Assembly (NCBI GenBank): GCA_951406725.2
Contig: OX597829.1
Span: 46,190,001 to 46,254,000, forward strand
DNA: 64,000 bases
Reading direction: 5' to 3'
Source: Octopus vulgaris
Lineage: Eukaryota
Shown here: positions 1 to 13,892 of the stretch, piece by piece
Layout: the number at the start of each line of letters is the position of its first letter
Position numbering within the stretch: the stretch's first letter is position 1
Position numbers and translations under genes: made by a program
Notes under the pieces: generated by a model
What the model was told of the DNA's origin: nothing
Database searches by the model: none
Seen by the model: the letters and a program-made list of their open reading frames with translations, nothing else

Positions 1-59
1 CATATTAGATTCGCGATAACTATTAAGATATATATATATATATGTGTAAAATAAATAAA

Positions 60-128
60 TGCACCCTTTTAAAGTCTAGCCAGGCTCATGGGCCCGATTT
101 CCCGGTTTCTATGGCGTATGCGTTCTCC
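60..128 (-). mobile_element. 3' tail fragment of a tRNA-derived SINE
   Basis: GCCAGGCTCATGGGCCCGATTTCCCGGTTTCTATGGCGTAT closely matches the tail of the SINE at 16215-16518. Confidence 0.55.
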
Positions 129-471
129 AACATCTTTTGTTAGTCAGTTGGAAATGATTTCGTAAATCACCGTGTTTGTTTACTATGTCGATATTTTAAA
201 TACAACAACAGGAACTCTTTCTCTTGATAAATTACTGTCCTTTCTTTTGTTGGCTACTGCTCTAGAGTGGAGGCGAAGTGGCCCAGTGGTTAGGGCCCCG
301 AACTCGCAGTCGCAGGTTCTCCACTTTATATTTTGAAATTTCGCCAAGGTCAACTTTGCCTTTCATCCTTTTCAGTAAAATTCAAGTAAAATTTATGTGG
401 AAACTTCATGTATGTATTTGATGGGCGTTGATAAATTACTGTCTTTTCTTTTGTTGGCTATTGCTCTAGAG

Positions 472-808
472 TGGAGACGCAATGGCACAGTGGTTAAGGC
501 TGCGAACTAGCAGTCGTAGGTTCGCGGTTTCGATTCTCAGACCGGGTGTTCCGAGTGTTTATTGAGCGAAAACACCTAAAGCTCCACGAGGCACCGGCAG
601 TGGGTGCTGGCGAACTCTGCTCTACTCTTCCACCACAACTTTCTCTCACTCTTTCTTCCTGTTTCTCTTGTACGTGTATTCCAAAGAGCCAGCCTTGTCA
701 CATTCTGTGTCACGCTGAATCACCCCGGGAACTGGTGCACTCGTCTGTGGAGTGCTCAGCCACTTTCACGCTAATTTCACGCGGAAGCTGTAACCGACGG
801 AGTGCCAC
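472..808 (+). mobile_element. tRNA-derived SINE, head type R (GGAGGCGCAATGGCC...), octopus OR-like
   Basis: A box TGGCACAGTGG, B box GGTTTCGATTC. Body and tail (GTAACCGACGGAGTGCC) match the intact copy at 57081-57456. Confidence 0.85.
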
Positions 809-1805
809 GATTGTTCTAGACATGCTTCAAGAGAAACCGGGAATTTTCTCTTTTTTTCCATTGTTATTGATCTGCTGTATCCGAGTGGTAAATAAGTTGT
901 AATACAAAATTTCTCTCCATTTGCTGTCTGTAAATTCTTAGATTTATTTTAGATTTATTTAATTCCGACATCAAAACTACTCAAGAGAAAAGCCAACTCT
1001 GTCAGGAAAGAAAAATATAAAAAATGACAGGACTTCCTTGCAGTAATACGAAACTAGATTTACGAATGTAAACTCAGGTATATCTCGACTTACGCCATTT
1101 CGGGTAAAGATGTTTCCGACTTACGTGACTTCGGGTTATGTTTTCTCTCTCCGACTTCAATTCATTTCGGGTTGCGTCTTCTTCGATTCTAGGTCGTTTT
1201 TTTGTTAAGAAATTAATTGAAAGAAAATAAAACTCAGCCTCAGCTGATTTATTTGACTTTGTACCAGTCTCAGCGAAGATATTTTAAAAGCATAAAAGTC
1301 ATTTAAAAAAACAACACCTAAATATCAGTGAAAAATCAAATAAAATACATGTGAAAAAATGTAGAAGTCAATTTATGAAAACCTTTTATTGAAAAGGTTG
1401 CAAGACGCAACGAAAAATTTTAGGAAAATAAAAAGAAATCAGTGCAAATTTTACCTCTGAGTGTGTTAAATTATAAGACACAAAAAGAAAATGACTCTCC
1501 CCAGACACAACAGAATATGCTTCAACACACGAACTCATATAAAGAATCTTGCAAACCAAATCCAAATATGAAATATATAAGTTAATAATGTGCTTTTCGT
1601 GTTACGTTGCATGCCGTGGGACCAATTACTAACGTAATTTGTGTTATGCAAACGTTTAATTTACATACGGATGTGTGTATGTGGTATCTGTGCGTGTTTG
1701 TGTATGTGTGTCTGTGTATGTATGTGTGCGCGCGCGAACGCATGCCGATGTGTGCACGTGTGTACGTGCATATGTGTATGAATATGAGTTTGTGTGTGTG
1801 AGTGT

Positions 1806-1847
<42 letters not shown>

Positions 1848-1882
1848 CACTGTGTGAGAGCTTAAAAAAACTGAAAATATAT

Positions 1883-2300
1883 TTTTTTCTTTACTACCCA
1901 CAGAGGGGACAAACAAGGACAGACAGAGGGATTAAGTCGAGTACATCGACCCCAGTTCGTAACTGGTACTTAATTTATCGACCCCGAAAGGATGAAAGGC
2001 AAAGTCGACCTCGGAGGAATTTGAACTCAGAACGTAACGGCAGACAAAATACGGCTACGCATTTCGCCCGGCGTGCTAACGTTTCTGCCAGCTCGCCGCC
2101 TTCAACGGACAAAATACCTATTTCTTTACTACACACAAAGGGCTAAACACAGAGGGGACAAACAAGGACAGACAAAGGGATTAAATTGATTACATCGACC
2201 CCAGTGCGTAACTGGCACTTAATTTATCGACCCTGAAAGGATGAAAGGCAAAGTCGACCTCGGCGGAATTTGAATTCGGAACGTAACGAGAGACGAAATA
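1883..2300 (-). mobile_element. Dimeric tRNA-derived SINE, head type M (GGCGGCGAGCTGGCAGAA...; central GCCTTTCATCCTTTCGGGGTCGATAAA)
   Basis: Two monomers joined by TTCAACGGACAAAATACC. One TSD AAAAAAACTGAAAATATA flanks the whole dimer. The central motif resembles the Meta/MESC SINE domain (from memory). Confidence 0.9.
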
Positions 2301-2682
2301 AAAAAAAAAAAACTGAAAATATAATGAATTAACTAAAGAACTTGGCTTTTACTGATTATTCCCGCTATAAGAGTAAAAGACGGTCTAATTTCTTGATTTA
2401 TTTGATGCCTACGGGTTTTGAAACTGGTTGACAATTGAAGTTTCGTTGCAAAACTACAGAATTTTTAATATTTAAAAAAAAAATTTAATTCGCGTCGAGC
2501 AAAGAAAATAATATTGATCAATAACGGTTCAATATTTAATCGTAGTTTCTGATCCGCTAAATTCACTATAGTAACATTTTCTAAAATAATTTTTAGTATC
2601 TTTTTTTTTTTTTTTTACCCATATATAGATTTTCAAGTTTCGTCTTTTGTTTATATTCCACTGCTTTATATCTATCTATCTA

Positions 2683-3050
<368 letters not shown>

Positions 3051-4033
3051 TACATATATATTCTTTATATCCATCAAAAATGAAAATGAAAAGAAGGTGA
3101 GGAGGCACCAAGAATGAGGCAAATAAACAGAGAACGAGAATGAAATTTATGCACCACATTGAACATTTGAGCTGAAGAAATATCGATGTTACAATGCTGG
3201 TAGAGTCTTTTTTTTTCTTTTTATTTATCTATAAAGTTATTCATTTATTTATTATTTATTTATTTATTTATTTATTTATTCTCTATTTGTGCCAGCTCAA
3301 TAAATTCTGTAATTCAGCAATAGGTATCAAGTGAGTTTACCATCTTCAGTCAGCACTGCAATGTTAGGAAATAATAATGTCGTTTTTTGTTTTTTTTGTC
3401 TTCGAAATTAGTAAGTGGGTGGCTTGGATATTGTTGAATGGATTAATGAAATACTACAGATCAATGAATCGATGAGTGATTATGAATGACAGATAACCTT
3501 GGTTGTTTTTTTATGTTCGTTAGTGATATATTACTATATGTTTTTGTTGTTATTATTATTGTTGTTGTTGTTATTGTTATTATTTTTTATTGTTGTTGTA
3601 GCTGTTACTATTGTTTCCAAACGTGAATTATCCAAACCTCTAAGAATTCCTTTCAACACACGGCTATGGTGCTCCCCCACTACTTCTGCTCATGATCAAG
3701 GATGCACATAAGGGCCACTAAGGGACATGCTCAACTGGTTAAGGTCAAACAACCGACAAGCAAATCTGTGGTATTGAGCAGAATATTTGTTGTAGACCAT
3801 CTTTTATACCAAGACAAAACAATGTACATGGTAACACTTCGAATCAATTAAGATCAAAAGTCAATCGGAGAGAAGGAATTGGAGAGGGCACTTGCTCCTA
3901 GGGTTTCAGAAAAATATCAGATAGTGGGATTCCTGGATTACCCCTAGAGGCATTCCTGTATCAAGAGAGCCACATCTCTATCATCCTTCCCCTTTTTGCT
4001 TTTTTTTTTTACTTTTGTGTATATATATATAGT

Positions 4034-4346
4034 GAAGGCGCATGGCTCAGTGGTTACAGCGTCGAGCTTACGATCGTGAGATGTGAGCTCGAATCCCGGA
4101 CCGGGCTGCGTGTTGTGTTCTTGAGCAAGACACTTTATTTCATGTTGCTCCAGTTCACTCAGCTGTAGAAATGAGCTGCGACGTCACAGGTGCCAAGCTG
4201 TATCGGCCCCTTTGCCTTTCCCTTGGATAACATCAGTAGTGTGGAGAGGGGAGGCCAGTATGCATGGGCGACTGCTGGTCTTCCATAAACAACCTTGCCC
4301 GGACTTGTGCCTGGAAGGGTAACTTTCTAGGTGCAATCCATGGTCT
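4034..4346 (+). mobile_element. tRNA-derived CORE-like SINE, head type C (GAAGGCGCATGGCTCAGTGG...)
   Basis: A and B boxes, CORE-like TTCTTGAGCAAGACACTT. Same family as 21049-21377. Confidence 0.85.
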
Positions 4347-4373
4347 GTGTGTGTGTGTGCGCGCATTAACTCC

Positions 4374-5044
4374 ATAAAATCTGCATCAGCTCTCACATTT
4401 TACTGCTTTTCCCGTATCTCTGACCCTTTTGTGTCTCAGGTATTTCGGTGATATTTCCTGTTCCTGGATCGCAAACGCATATTCTTCAAAATAGGAGATT
4501 GTAATCCGGTTGTTCCTGAATGATAGGCTGATCTGATGATCAAGGTTACTATCGTCTTTGAGATTTCTACTAACATATCCATCCATCCTTTCATCTGATG
4601 ATTCATTTCGGTAGAGTTGGGCAAATTATTTGGGCATGAATTTAAGGTTATCAGACAAGAAATATTGTTCAAAGAGCTGCTTTCCAAGTCTTATGATGTT
4701 ATCTGCCTCATGTATGCAAACTTGGTCAAGGGATGCCCTTTGACCCTTGGTGGTTAAAAGATGTTGCCGAAGGAGTATGATACGATGTATCATACTGAAA
4801 TTCAAAGACATTTCGGATTGATGTTAAACCTATGTCGCCTTATTTTCCTCTTTAGGTAGAGGCGCTCTACATCACCGCTGATGTCGAGATTATATATGCT
4901 TGTTATTATTTTTTGGGCTTTCATATCAATGGCTAGGATCTCATCAAGTGTCCAATCAAGCAGCCCAAATGTTGGTGTGAGTACTGGATCTGCAAGCACA
5001 TTGTGGGCCACTGTTTTATTGAAAGCAGAGAGTTCTGAGGTCCA
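4374..5044 (-). pseudogene. Decayed R4/Dong-like non-LTR retrotransposon, post-RT region
   Basis: Frameshifted peptides PTFGLLDWTLDEILAIDMKAQKIIT...DVERLYLKRK and EEYAFAIQEQEISPKYL resemble conserved R4-clade motifs. Confidence 0.75.
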
Positions 5045-5127
5045 AATTTTCTTTCTTTCTTTCTCTCTTTCTTTCTTTGTTTCTTTCTTTCTGTATGTAT
5101 GTATGTATGAATGTGTGTGTGTATGCA

Positions 5128-5161
<34 letters not shown>

Positions 5162-5389
5162 CCTCGCACGAGCGTAAGTATTGCGGCGCCCTGAAGCGAA
5201 ATAAAACATATATTTATTCGTAGACAGGTAGTAAAACATAATAAATGGTTTAATGCACAGTTGAGTAAACCGGCAGAGAGTGATAAATAGGTTATAAATA
5301 GATTTATATTTATATTCATTTATGTATTTAAATGCGAAAATATGAATGTAGTTTCATAGAAAATAGGTTTATATATAACACTTACTACA

Positions 5390-5806
5390 GGCGCAGGAGT
5401 GGCTGTGTGGTAAGTAGCTTGCTAACCAACCACATGGTTCAGGGTTCAGTCCCACTGCATGGCATCTTAGGCAAGTGTCTTCTACTATAGCCCCGGGCCG
5501 ACCAATGCCTTGTGAGTGGATTTGGTAGACGGAAACTGAAAGAAGCCCATCGTATATATGTATATATATGTATGTGTATGTGTATGTTTGTGTGTCTGTG
5601 TTTGTTCCCCTAGCATTGCTTGACAACCGATGCTGGTGTGTTTATGTCCCCGTTACTTAGCCGTTCGGCAAAAAGAGATTGATAGAATAAGTACTGGGCT
5701 TACAAAAGAAAAAGTCCCGGGGTCGATTTGCTCGACTAAAGGCAGTGCTCCAGCATGGTCGCAGTCAAATGACTGAAACAAGTAAAAGAGTAAAAGAGTA
5801 AAAGAG
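5390..5806 (+). mobile_element. tRNA-derived SINE, type A (GGCGCAGGAGTGGCTGTGTGG..., internal microsatellite, (AAAAGAGT)n tail)
   Basis: Full copy; more than 15 homologous copies in the window. Confidence 0.92.
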
Positions 5807-6073
5807 TACTCACACCAAAAAAACGAAACGAAACGAAAAACCGTGAAATTCAAAATTTGTTTATTAACGTATTTCATTCTGTTCATTTTTTCCAATCTCG
5901 CCCATTTCCGCTTCCGCTTCCGCTCTCCCCATCTCGTCTTCTGTCTGTGTCTCCAAGCATGCGCACACAAAACACATACAGGCACATATGTAATTGTATG
6001 TCTATGTGTGTGTGTGTATCTGTGTTTCTCTGTGTGTCTGTGTGAATGTGTGAATGTGTGTCTATGTATGTTT

Positions 6074-6455
6074 CTCTCTTTCTCTTTTACTTGTTTCAGT
6101 CATTTGACTGCGGCCATGCTGGAGCACCGCCTTTAGTCGAGCAACTCGACCCCGGGACTTATTCTTTTGCAAGCCGCTAAGTGACGGATACATAAACACA
6201 CCAGCATCGGTTGTCAAGCAATGCTAGGGGGACAAACACAGACACACAAACATACACACACATACCTATATATATATATACATACATATATCCGACAGGC
6301 TTCTTTCAGTTTCTGTCTACCAAATCCACTCACAAGGCATTGGTCGGCCCGGGGCTATAGCAGAAGACACTTGCCCAAGATGCCACGCAGTGGGACTGAA
6401 CCCGGAACCATGTGGTTGGTAAGCAAGCTACTTACCACACAGCCACTCCTGCGCC
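6074..6455 (-). mobile_element. SINE type A
   Basis: Reverse-complement copy with a small internal deletion. Confidence 0.92.
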
Positions 6456-6813
6456 TATATGTATATACTTCTATATTTATCCTGTTTGTATGTATATACT
6501 TCTATATTTATCTACTATGTAAATTAGAGTGCATGTGGTTATGTATGTGTGTGTATAACCCCGAAAGGTTCCACGAGATCTGTTTAACGCATGGATGGGT
6601 CTTTGACGGGCAATAGTGTTCCTGGCCAGAACACGCCCTGGAGTAATGGAGTAGTCAAGCGATGAGTCCGCGCTACTCACAACATCAGAACTTTAAAACT
6701 AGACCGTCACCATCTGATGCAGCTTAATGCTACACTCAGGACATATACATAATACTAATACACACACACACACACAGAAACACACAGAGACAAACACACA
6801 CACACATACACAG

Positions 6814-7340
6814 TATGGTAGAGGTCATAACAACTCATGATAAGGAGTATTGATGGAACATCCCAGTGAAAACCTCAATGAAATGTAGACAGAACAGACC
6901 TGACAACAGTACCAGTTACGCAATGGAGTCGATGTAATCGACTTAATCCCTTTGTCCGTGTTTGTCCCCTCTATGTTTAGCCCCTTGTGGGCAGTAAGGA
7001 ACTAAGAACATACCTGACATAGTGATTTTGGATAGAAAAGAGAAACTGTGTACAGGTGTGGAAATCAGTTGCCCAGCGGATGTGAACATGAAGCTATGGA
7101 TGAGCGTAAGACAAAATACCTACGCTGAACTCCTGAGAAATCTACAGTTACTCTATCCAGATTACAAGTTCATGTTTATACCTGTCATTATTGGGGGACA
7201 CTGGGATGTGCATCACACTGCCTAAGGACCAATCTTGAGAAATTAGGCTCTCTCAAAATGAGAAAAAGAGAAATCTGATTCGAAGACAAGAGATCCAAGC
7301 CATTCACTGAAACTAAAAGAAATCTGTAAAACTTTCCAAA
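6814..7340 (+). pseudogene. R4/Dong-like restriction-like endonuclease (PD-(D/E)xK) fragment interrupted by a SINE
   Basis: WNIPVKTSMKCRQNRPD|PDIVILDRKEKLCTGVEISCPADVN...YAELLRNLQLLYPDYKFMFIPVIIG. Confidence 0.8.
6906..7004 (+). mobile_element. 5'-truncated SINE type M
   Basis: 3' part of the family, flanked by a 15-bp TSD AGAACA(G/T)ACCTGACA at 6891-6905 and 7005-7019. Confidence 0.85.
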
Positions 7341-8446
7341 AACGACGGGAGAACCCGGGTTGGCTAAAAATTTTTTTTGGAAATCGGCGATCGCTATTAC
7401 AATCCACGCTTCTTTTATTTTTAAACTATAAATGAAACATAATTGAAAAACAATAGCGAAATTTTAAAAATATTTAAAAAAATATTCTTTTTATCAACAC
7501 CGCCCGCTCCCCGCCTAATAAATCCTAAAATTTTGGCACTTTATCGAAACTTTTTAAAATCATTGTTTTCAAATACGAATAATCTGAATGTGTAATTTGT
7601 TTCTATTTATAATTTCAAAATAATCTTAACTTTCAGACGATAAGGTGATATTTAAAGGAAATTTGACTGTTTTTCCTGTACATCCCACGACTACCTTGTA
7701 CCTTCCTCCTTTTTTTTTTTTGTCGCTCTAACATGAATTTATGTTTTTCAATATTTTCCCCTCATAAACTCATTTTATGGAATGACAATGCGGTAGTAAC
7801 GGGCTTAAAAGGGTGGTTCACCGTTGGGGTTCAAGCAACAGCAACATTTCGTAACTTAGATTTTTGATCCCGACGCCGCATCAAACTAGTGTATGTGTTT
7901 GAGTGTGAGAGAGATAAAAAGGACGTATTTTGTAACAGAGAGATATGCTGTTAAAATATATTATCTTTACAAATCTTTTTAAACTTACTTTGTCGTCTGA
8001 ACGAAATTCCCGACGCTCGAGTACACTCAAACACGCACGCGCGCGCACATGCACGAACGCCACACACACACACACACACAAACAGCCAGGGTGAGTGATA
8101 TACTTGTTCTGAGTTTGGGAGTGGTAAATATATATAGAGAGGGGGGAAGTTTATAGTGAGAAAATAGACAAATGAAATTGACAAAGGCAGAGAGAGAAAG
8201 GGAGAGGGAAAGTGAATGAGAGAGAGAGATATTGAGTGAGTGAGGGAGAGAGAAAGTGAGTGAATGAGTGAGTGAGTGAGTGAGCGAATGAAAGACAGTG
8301 AGTGAGTGAGTGAGTGAGTGAGAGAGCGAATGAGAGACAGTGAGTGAGTGAGTGAGAGAGCGAATGGGAGACAGTGAGTGAGTGAGTGAGTGAGTGAGTG
8401 ACATAGAGAGAAAGTGAATGAGGTAGAGTGAGTGTGTAAGAGAGTA

Positions 8447-8478
<32 letters not shown>

Positions 8479-8760
8479 TATATGGATGTACATTTTCAGA
8501 TTAAATTCGATATTGTTATTTATTCCTCCAATTTTTTTTTGTCAAATGTTACAGTGGTTTTGGGCTGATAAATTTAAACCGATGAGAAAACAGAATTCGT
8601 GCGTGATAGTTGTGTGAAATTTAAATTAAACGACAGAAGAGGAAGTTTTAATAAAATGAAAGCAACTGTATGTCATATGAAGAGAGAAAGAGAGTGGCGA
8701 GCAGCATGCGTGAAAGATGGTATATATAGAGAATTATAATGACGGTGGTAAATGTATATA

Positions 8761-9320
8761 ATTAAGTTAAGTTAATTTTTTGGCTCAAAATGCAAAAAGC
8801 AAGGCCATGTAGGGGGACATGGAGTTATGTACAGGGAGGGTGTTCATGCAAAGAGTTCAGGCCATTTCTGGTCAAGAGAGACTTTGAACCGAGCGGTCGT
8901 CGGCATCTTCACTATCTCGTCCGGCAGCTTATTCCATGGATCCGCAACCCGGACGGAGAAAGCCCCTCTCTTTCGATTGAGATGAAATCGTCGCAGGTAG
9001 AGCTTTTCGGAATGACCCCGCAGCCGACGCTCTGGAGCAGGAGTGAAGAACAGCTCTTTCGAGAGGTTACACTTTCCGCTTATGATGTTGTGAGCAAGAA
9101 TGAGATCACCACGGCGTCGTCGTTTTTCTAGAGAATAAAGGTCAAGCGTCTTCAGCCTTTCTTCATAAGACAAATGCTTGAGACCAAGAACCATGTGGGC
9201 AGCCAGCTTCTGAACTCTTTCGAGATGATGTATGTCTTGGAGGAGATAAGGAGAAGAGGCTTGAATCCCGTACTCCAATATGGGTCTCACCAGCGTGACA
9301 TAGAGTGGTAGGAATATGGC
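8761..9320 (-). mobile_element. 5'-truncated CR1-like LINE (RT C-terminus, 3'UTR and short-repeat tail)
   Basis: Open frame LYVTLVRPILEYG...LERVQK...LSYEERLKTLDLYSLEKRRRRGDLI...FSVRVADPWNKLP; (TTAAC)n-like tail at 8761-8775. Confidence 0.9.
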
Positions 9321-9588
9321 TAGGGCAATGCGTTAAAGCCCGGGTGACTGATAGAGAGAGAAAAAGATTTGTCGATCTAATAGTTGAGCTATTTCTCGAA
9401 GCAAATTATATTTTTCATTATTATATACGAACAACCTTCTCCTAGGAATGCAAATTTCAAAAATCAAATTCGCTTTTCTCAAGGAAGCAACGTTTGAGAG
9501 ATTTCAGGGCTAAACACAGATATATAACCACTTGTATAGCAGATGCAGTTGATATATACACATACCCACTGTCCTGCATATATATATA

Positions 9589-11776
9589 TCTTAATATATA
9601 AAATCCGATCTGTCTGTGCGCTTATAACTCGAGTATTGTTCATCCGATCGCGCTGAAATTTTAAACATGGATACATGACAGAATGAGGTGTTCCGTAATC
9701 TAAAGAAAATTCAAAATAGTTAGCTTCAAAGTTAAGATCGCTATATTTGTAATTTGTTTGTCCTGTCTCTTCTGCCATTAAAAGCAACCAGTTGCTCAGT
9801 CAGCCGGCATATACCATTTCGCTAGCAACAAGAGGAGCACAGGATGATAGTCAGCCAAAACCGTCGCTATGCTGTCTCTCTTATGACGTCCAGTTCCACT
9901 TGAAGTTGAATATATGCTGTGTTAAAATTCGTTATCAATCAATTATTATTGAGTAGAAACAGTCAACTGTAACCATCACATAGAATCACCAAACATCTCC
10001 ACTACTTAACGCGGGCCAAGTTAACCCTCTTCACCTTTACAGCTGACATGAAAAGCTACGAAAAAAAGGGAGAAAAAATGGATTGCTATTAAAACGCGTA
10101 AAATTTTGGGGTTAATAATCTTAATCGTTAGTTACAGTTTTTCATTCAAACTACATAGTAGGCAGAATTGTCGGATTAAGACAGTAGGGTGTTTTGAGGG
10201 ATATTTGGCTGCTATTTCAACTAGGAGTAGCTACCATATAGAGGTCTCCCTCATTGACATAAAATCGAAATAAAATACTTAAAGTAACAGTCGTCAAATA
10301 CAAAAGCCAAGGTCCATGCAGTGTCATGAGCCAAAAAAATTTCCAACTGCTTGCCTAATGCAAGCCCAGAGCAATCTCTTATATCTTACACTATTTCAGT
10401 ATTATGTCTCTATTATAGTGTGAGATAATACTTTCAGTTTGAAAGAAGTCTCTTCTATATATATATATATATTCCTAATGCATTCCAAAACCAAGTAACA
10501 GATTTTGACGTATGGGGCAAAATATTCCGTACTATTTTGGCTATAAATTAAATTTAATTTCCATTCTCATATTTGCATTTCAAAAATTTAACATTATAAT
10601 CTTTTCCTTGAATCAGCTGTCGTAAATGTTATATGATGACGTCACATTTTCTATATGTGTGTTTACCTTAAAAGGCTTCAATCATCATGACACACACCTT
10701 CACTCACACTATTTCTCTTTTTCACTGCCTTTCTCTCTCTCACACAAACGCGCACGCACACACACTCACACGTCCATTTCATATAGACGTACATACATCT
10801 TTCACTTTCTTTCTCTGTTCTTTTCGCATTCTCTTATTTCAATTTCTTCTCCCTTCAAATAAACTTTTACGGAATGAGCGGGAGAAACACAGAAAAGACG
10901 TAATCTCTCCAGAAACAAGTATAAAGCAAAGAGGATTTTAGAAAACCGAAGACAAGAGTCTGAAAAGAGATGAGATTTTCTCAAGATCAGCATGTTGCAG
11001 CACTTAATGCTGGATCATTAAATCAATGTTTTAATGATTAGGCAGAGGTCCAGTAGTATAGCTCTCAGACCTGAAGCTGTTTTCAGATATGATCTATTCG
11101 ATTCTTATAAAAGTGATTACTCTGTCCAAATTGGTGTGCTAAATACAAATTGTCGTTTAGTGCTTCTCATGCGGTTAGATAACATTGCCAGCACTACCAG
11201 CTCCTTCTCAACCTCCTCTGGATCTTCTAGAAGGCATTTCCATCCAGTCAAATGATTTTCTGAACAATATCATACAATACAACTCTACAAAGGACATCGT
11301 TTGTTGCATCTAAAAAGATAGATAAACATGAATTTACACCGACATCAAAGTTCAAGGGCAAGTCTATCATCTCATTGGTTCCCTGTTACTCGCAAATGAA
11401 CAAACACAGCTCCGCAAAATTTACTTCATGAGTGTTGTAGGACAACAAACTCGAAGGAGGTGTCAACATTTCTGATGATGGGTCGTGTTAGACACAGCGC
11501 CGACTGCTGCAAAGGAGAATATATCCACTGACAGCTGTTCGGTGCGTTCAAAAATCACATAACCCCCACCTCTAATTTTCCATGGCAGGTTAGAGCCTGA
11601 AATACTCCAGATGGACGCATAGTATGTTGCTTAGTAGAATTAGCCCAGCATTTACTCCACAAATATTTTGTTGTCAATGCTGCTTTTTCTCATACTACCT
11701 GTTTCAACATAACTGTAATATATTATAAACAAACGATGTCATTTTAATCCCGAGCAAAGCCGGGTATCTCTGCTAG
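9589..11776 (+). mobile_element. Internally deleted Helitron with relic RepHel N-terminus
   Basis: A|TC 5' end; 3' hairpin CCCGAGCAAAGCCGGG then CTAG|T. Relic peptides AVFRYD...VQIGVLNTNC, PPLDLLEG...FLNNIIQYNS and KVQGQVYHLIGSLL. Confidence 0.82.
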
Positions 11777-11894
11777 TATATATATATATATATATATATA
11801 TAGGGAAAGTTTACGAAAAAAAAACAAAAGACGAAGACAGGTGATGTAGAAAACAAACAGATGTATTAGTATAGCGCTCAGGAATAGAAAAAGG

Positions 11895-11930
11895 CTTTTA
11901 CGTTTCGAGCCTACGCTCTTCTACAGAAAG
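11895..11930 (-). ncRNA. Minimal type I hammerhead-like motif (core variant CUGUAGA) in a Penelope-type pLTR fragment (about 11803-11995)
   Basis: CTTT-CTGTAGA-A-GAGC gtag GCTC-GAAAC-GTA-AAAG; homologue at 47152-47187. Confidence 0.55.
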
Positions 11931-12053
11931 GTACACAGAAAACACAAGGAGAGAAAAAAAATGTGTCTCGTGGCTAACGATCTATCATGGCGTCTGTATA
12001 TATATACATATATATATATATATATTAGAAAAAACTTTAAATCGTCACTATCG

Positions 12054-12487
12054 AACACGCATACATAAGATATGTGTTTTGTCAGGTCGTAGGAAAGCTG
12101 TGATTATAGGCGTAAGAGAATATATTCTCATCAGTTCGCCTGATATTATTATAAAACACCTGAAAAGCGTAGAAAAGCGAGATGACGCGCATTGGGTCCC
12201 GTTGCAGGAGCGATAGACATCGATGTTTTGTTATTTTCGTGGCTTGTCAATACCGCGTATCCGAAACGAGGACAGCTGTAAGCTTTTGCATAGTCTTAGG
12301 ACAGCAATTTGCTCTATTGACCAGTCACAAAGATGACAAAATATCGACATGTATCACTCCTGTAACGGGACCCGATGCGAGTTGTCTCGCTTGTCTATGA
12401 ATTCCAAGTGTTGTAACACCAGGTAAATTGATAAGAATATATTCTCTTACGCTTATGATCTCAAAACACATAGCTTATGTATGTGTT
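12054..12487. mobile_element. Foldback/MITE-like palindrome, arms of about 200 bp
   Basis: For example GCATTGGGTCCCGTTGCAGGAG pairs with CTCCTGTAACGGGACCCGATGC, and GTAAGAGAATATATTCTCATCA with TGATAAGAATATATTCTCTTAC. Confidence 0.75.
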
Positions 12488-12526
12488 AGATATTTTTTAC
12501 ATCCCTCGGTCTGTTTCTCCTTCATT

Positions 12527-12610
<84 letters not shown>

Positions 12611-12653
12611 TATATAGACACATACATACTTGAATACATACATACACACACAC

Positions 12654-13700
<1,047 letters not shown>

Positions 13701-13855
13701 TATAGTGAATGAAATTCACAGTCACTTTTGCGTATATTCAAACTCGCAGGAGTTGTTTGAATGTTTTTTAAGCAGGACCATATTTTTCTACTTTATTTGA
13801 AACCGACTAGCTTTGTCCATTTACTTCTATCTCTCTATGTCTCCCTCTGTCTCTT

Positions 13856-13892
<37 letters not shown>

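Noticed and set aside
1075-1180. Tigger-like terminus CAGGTATATCTCGACTTACG with repeated CGACTT/TTCGGGT motifs
   Set aside because: No matching second terminus found.
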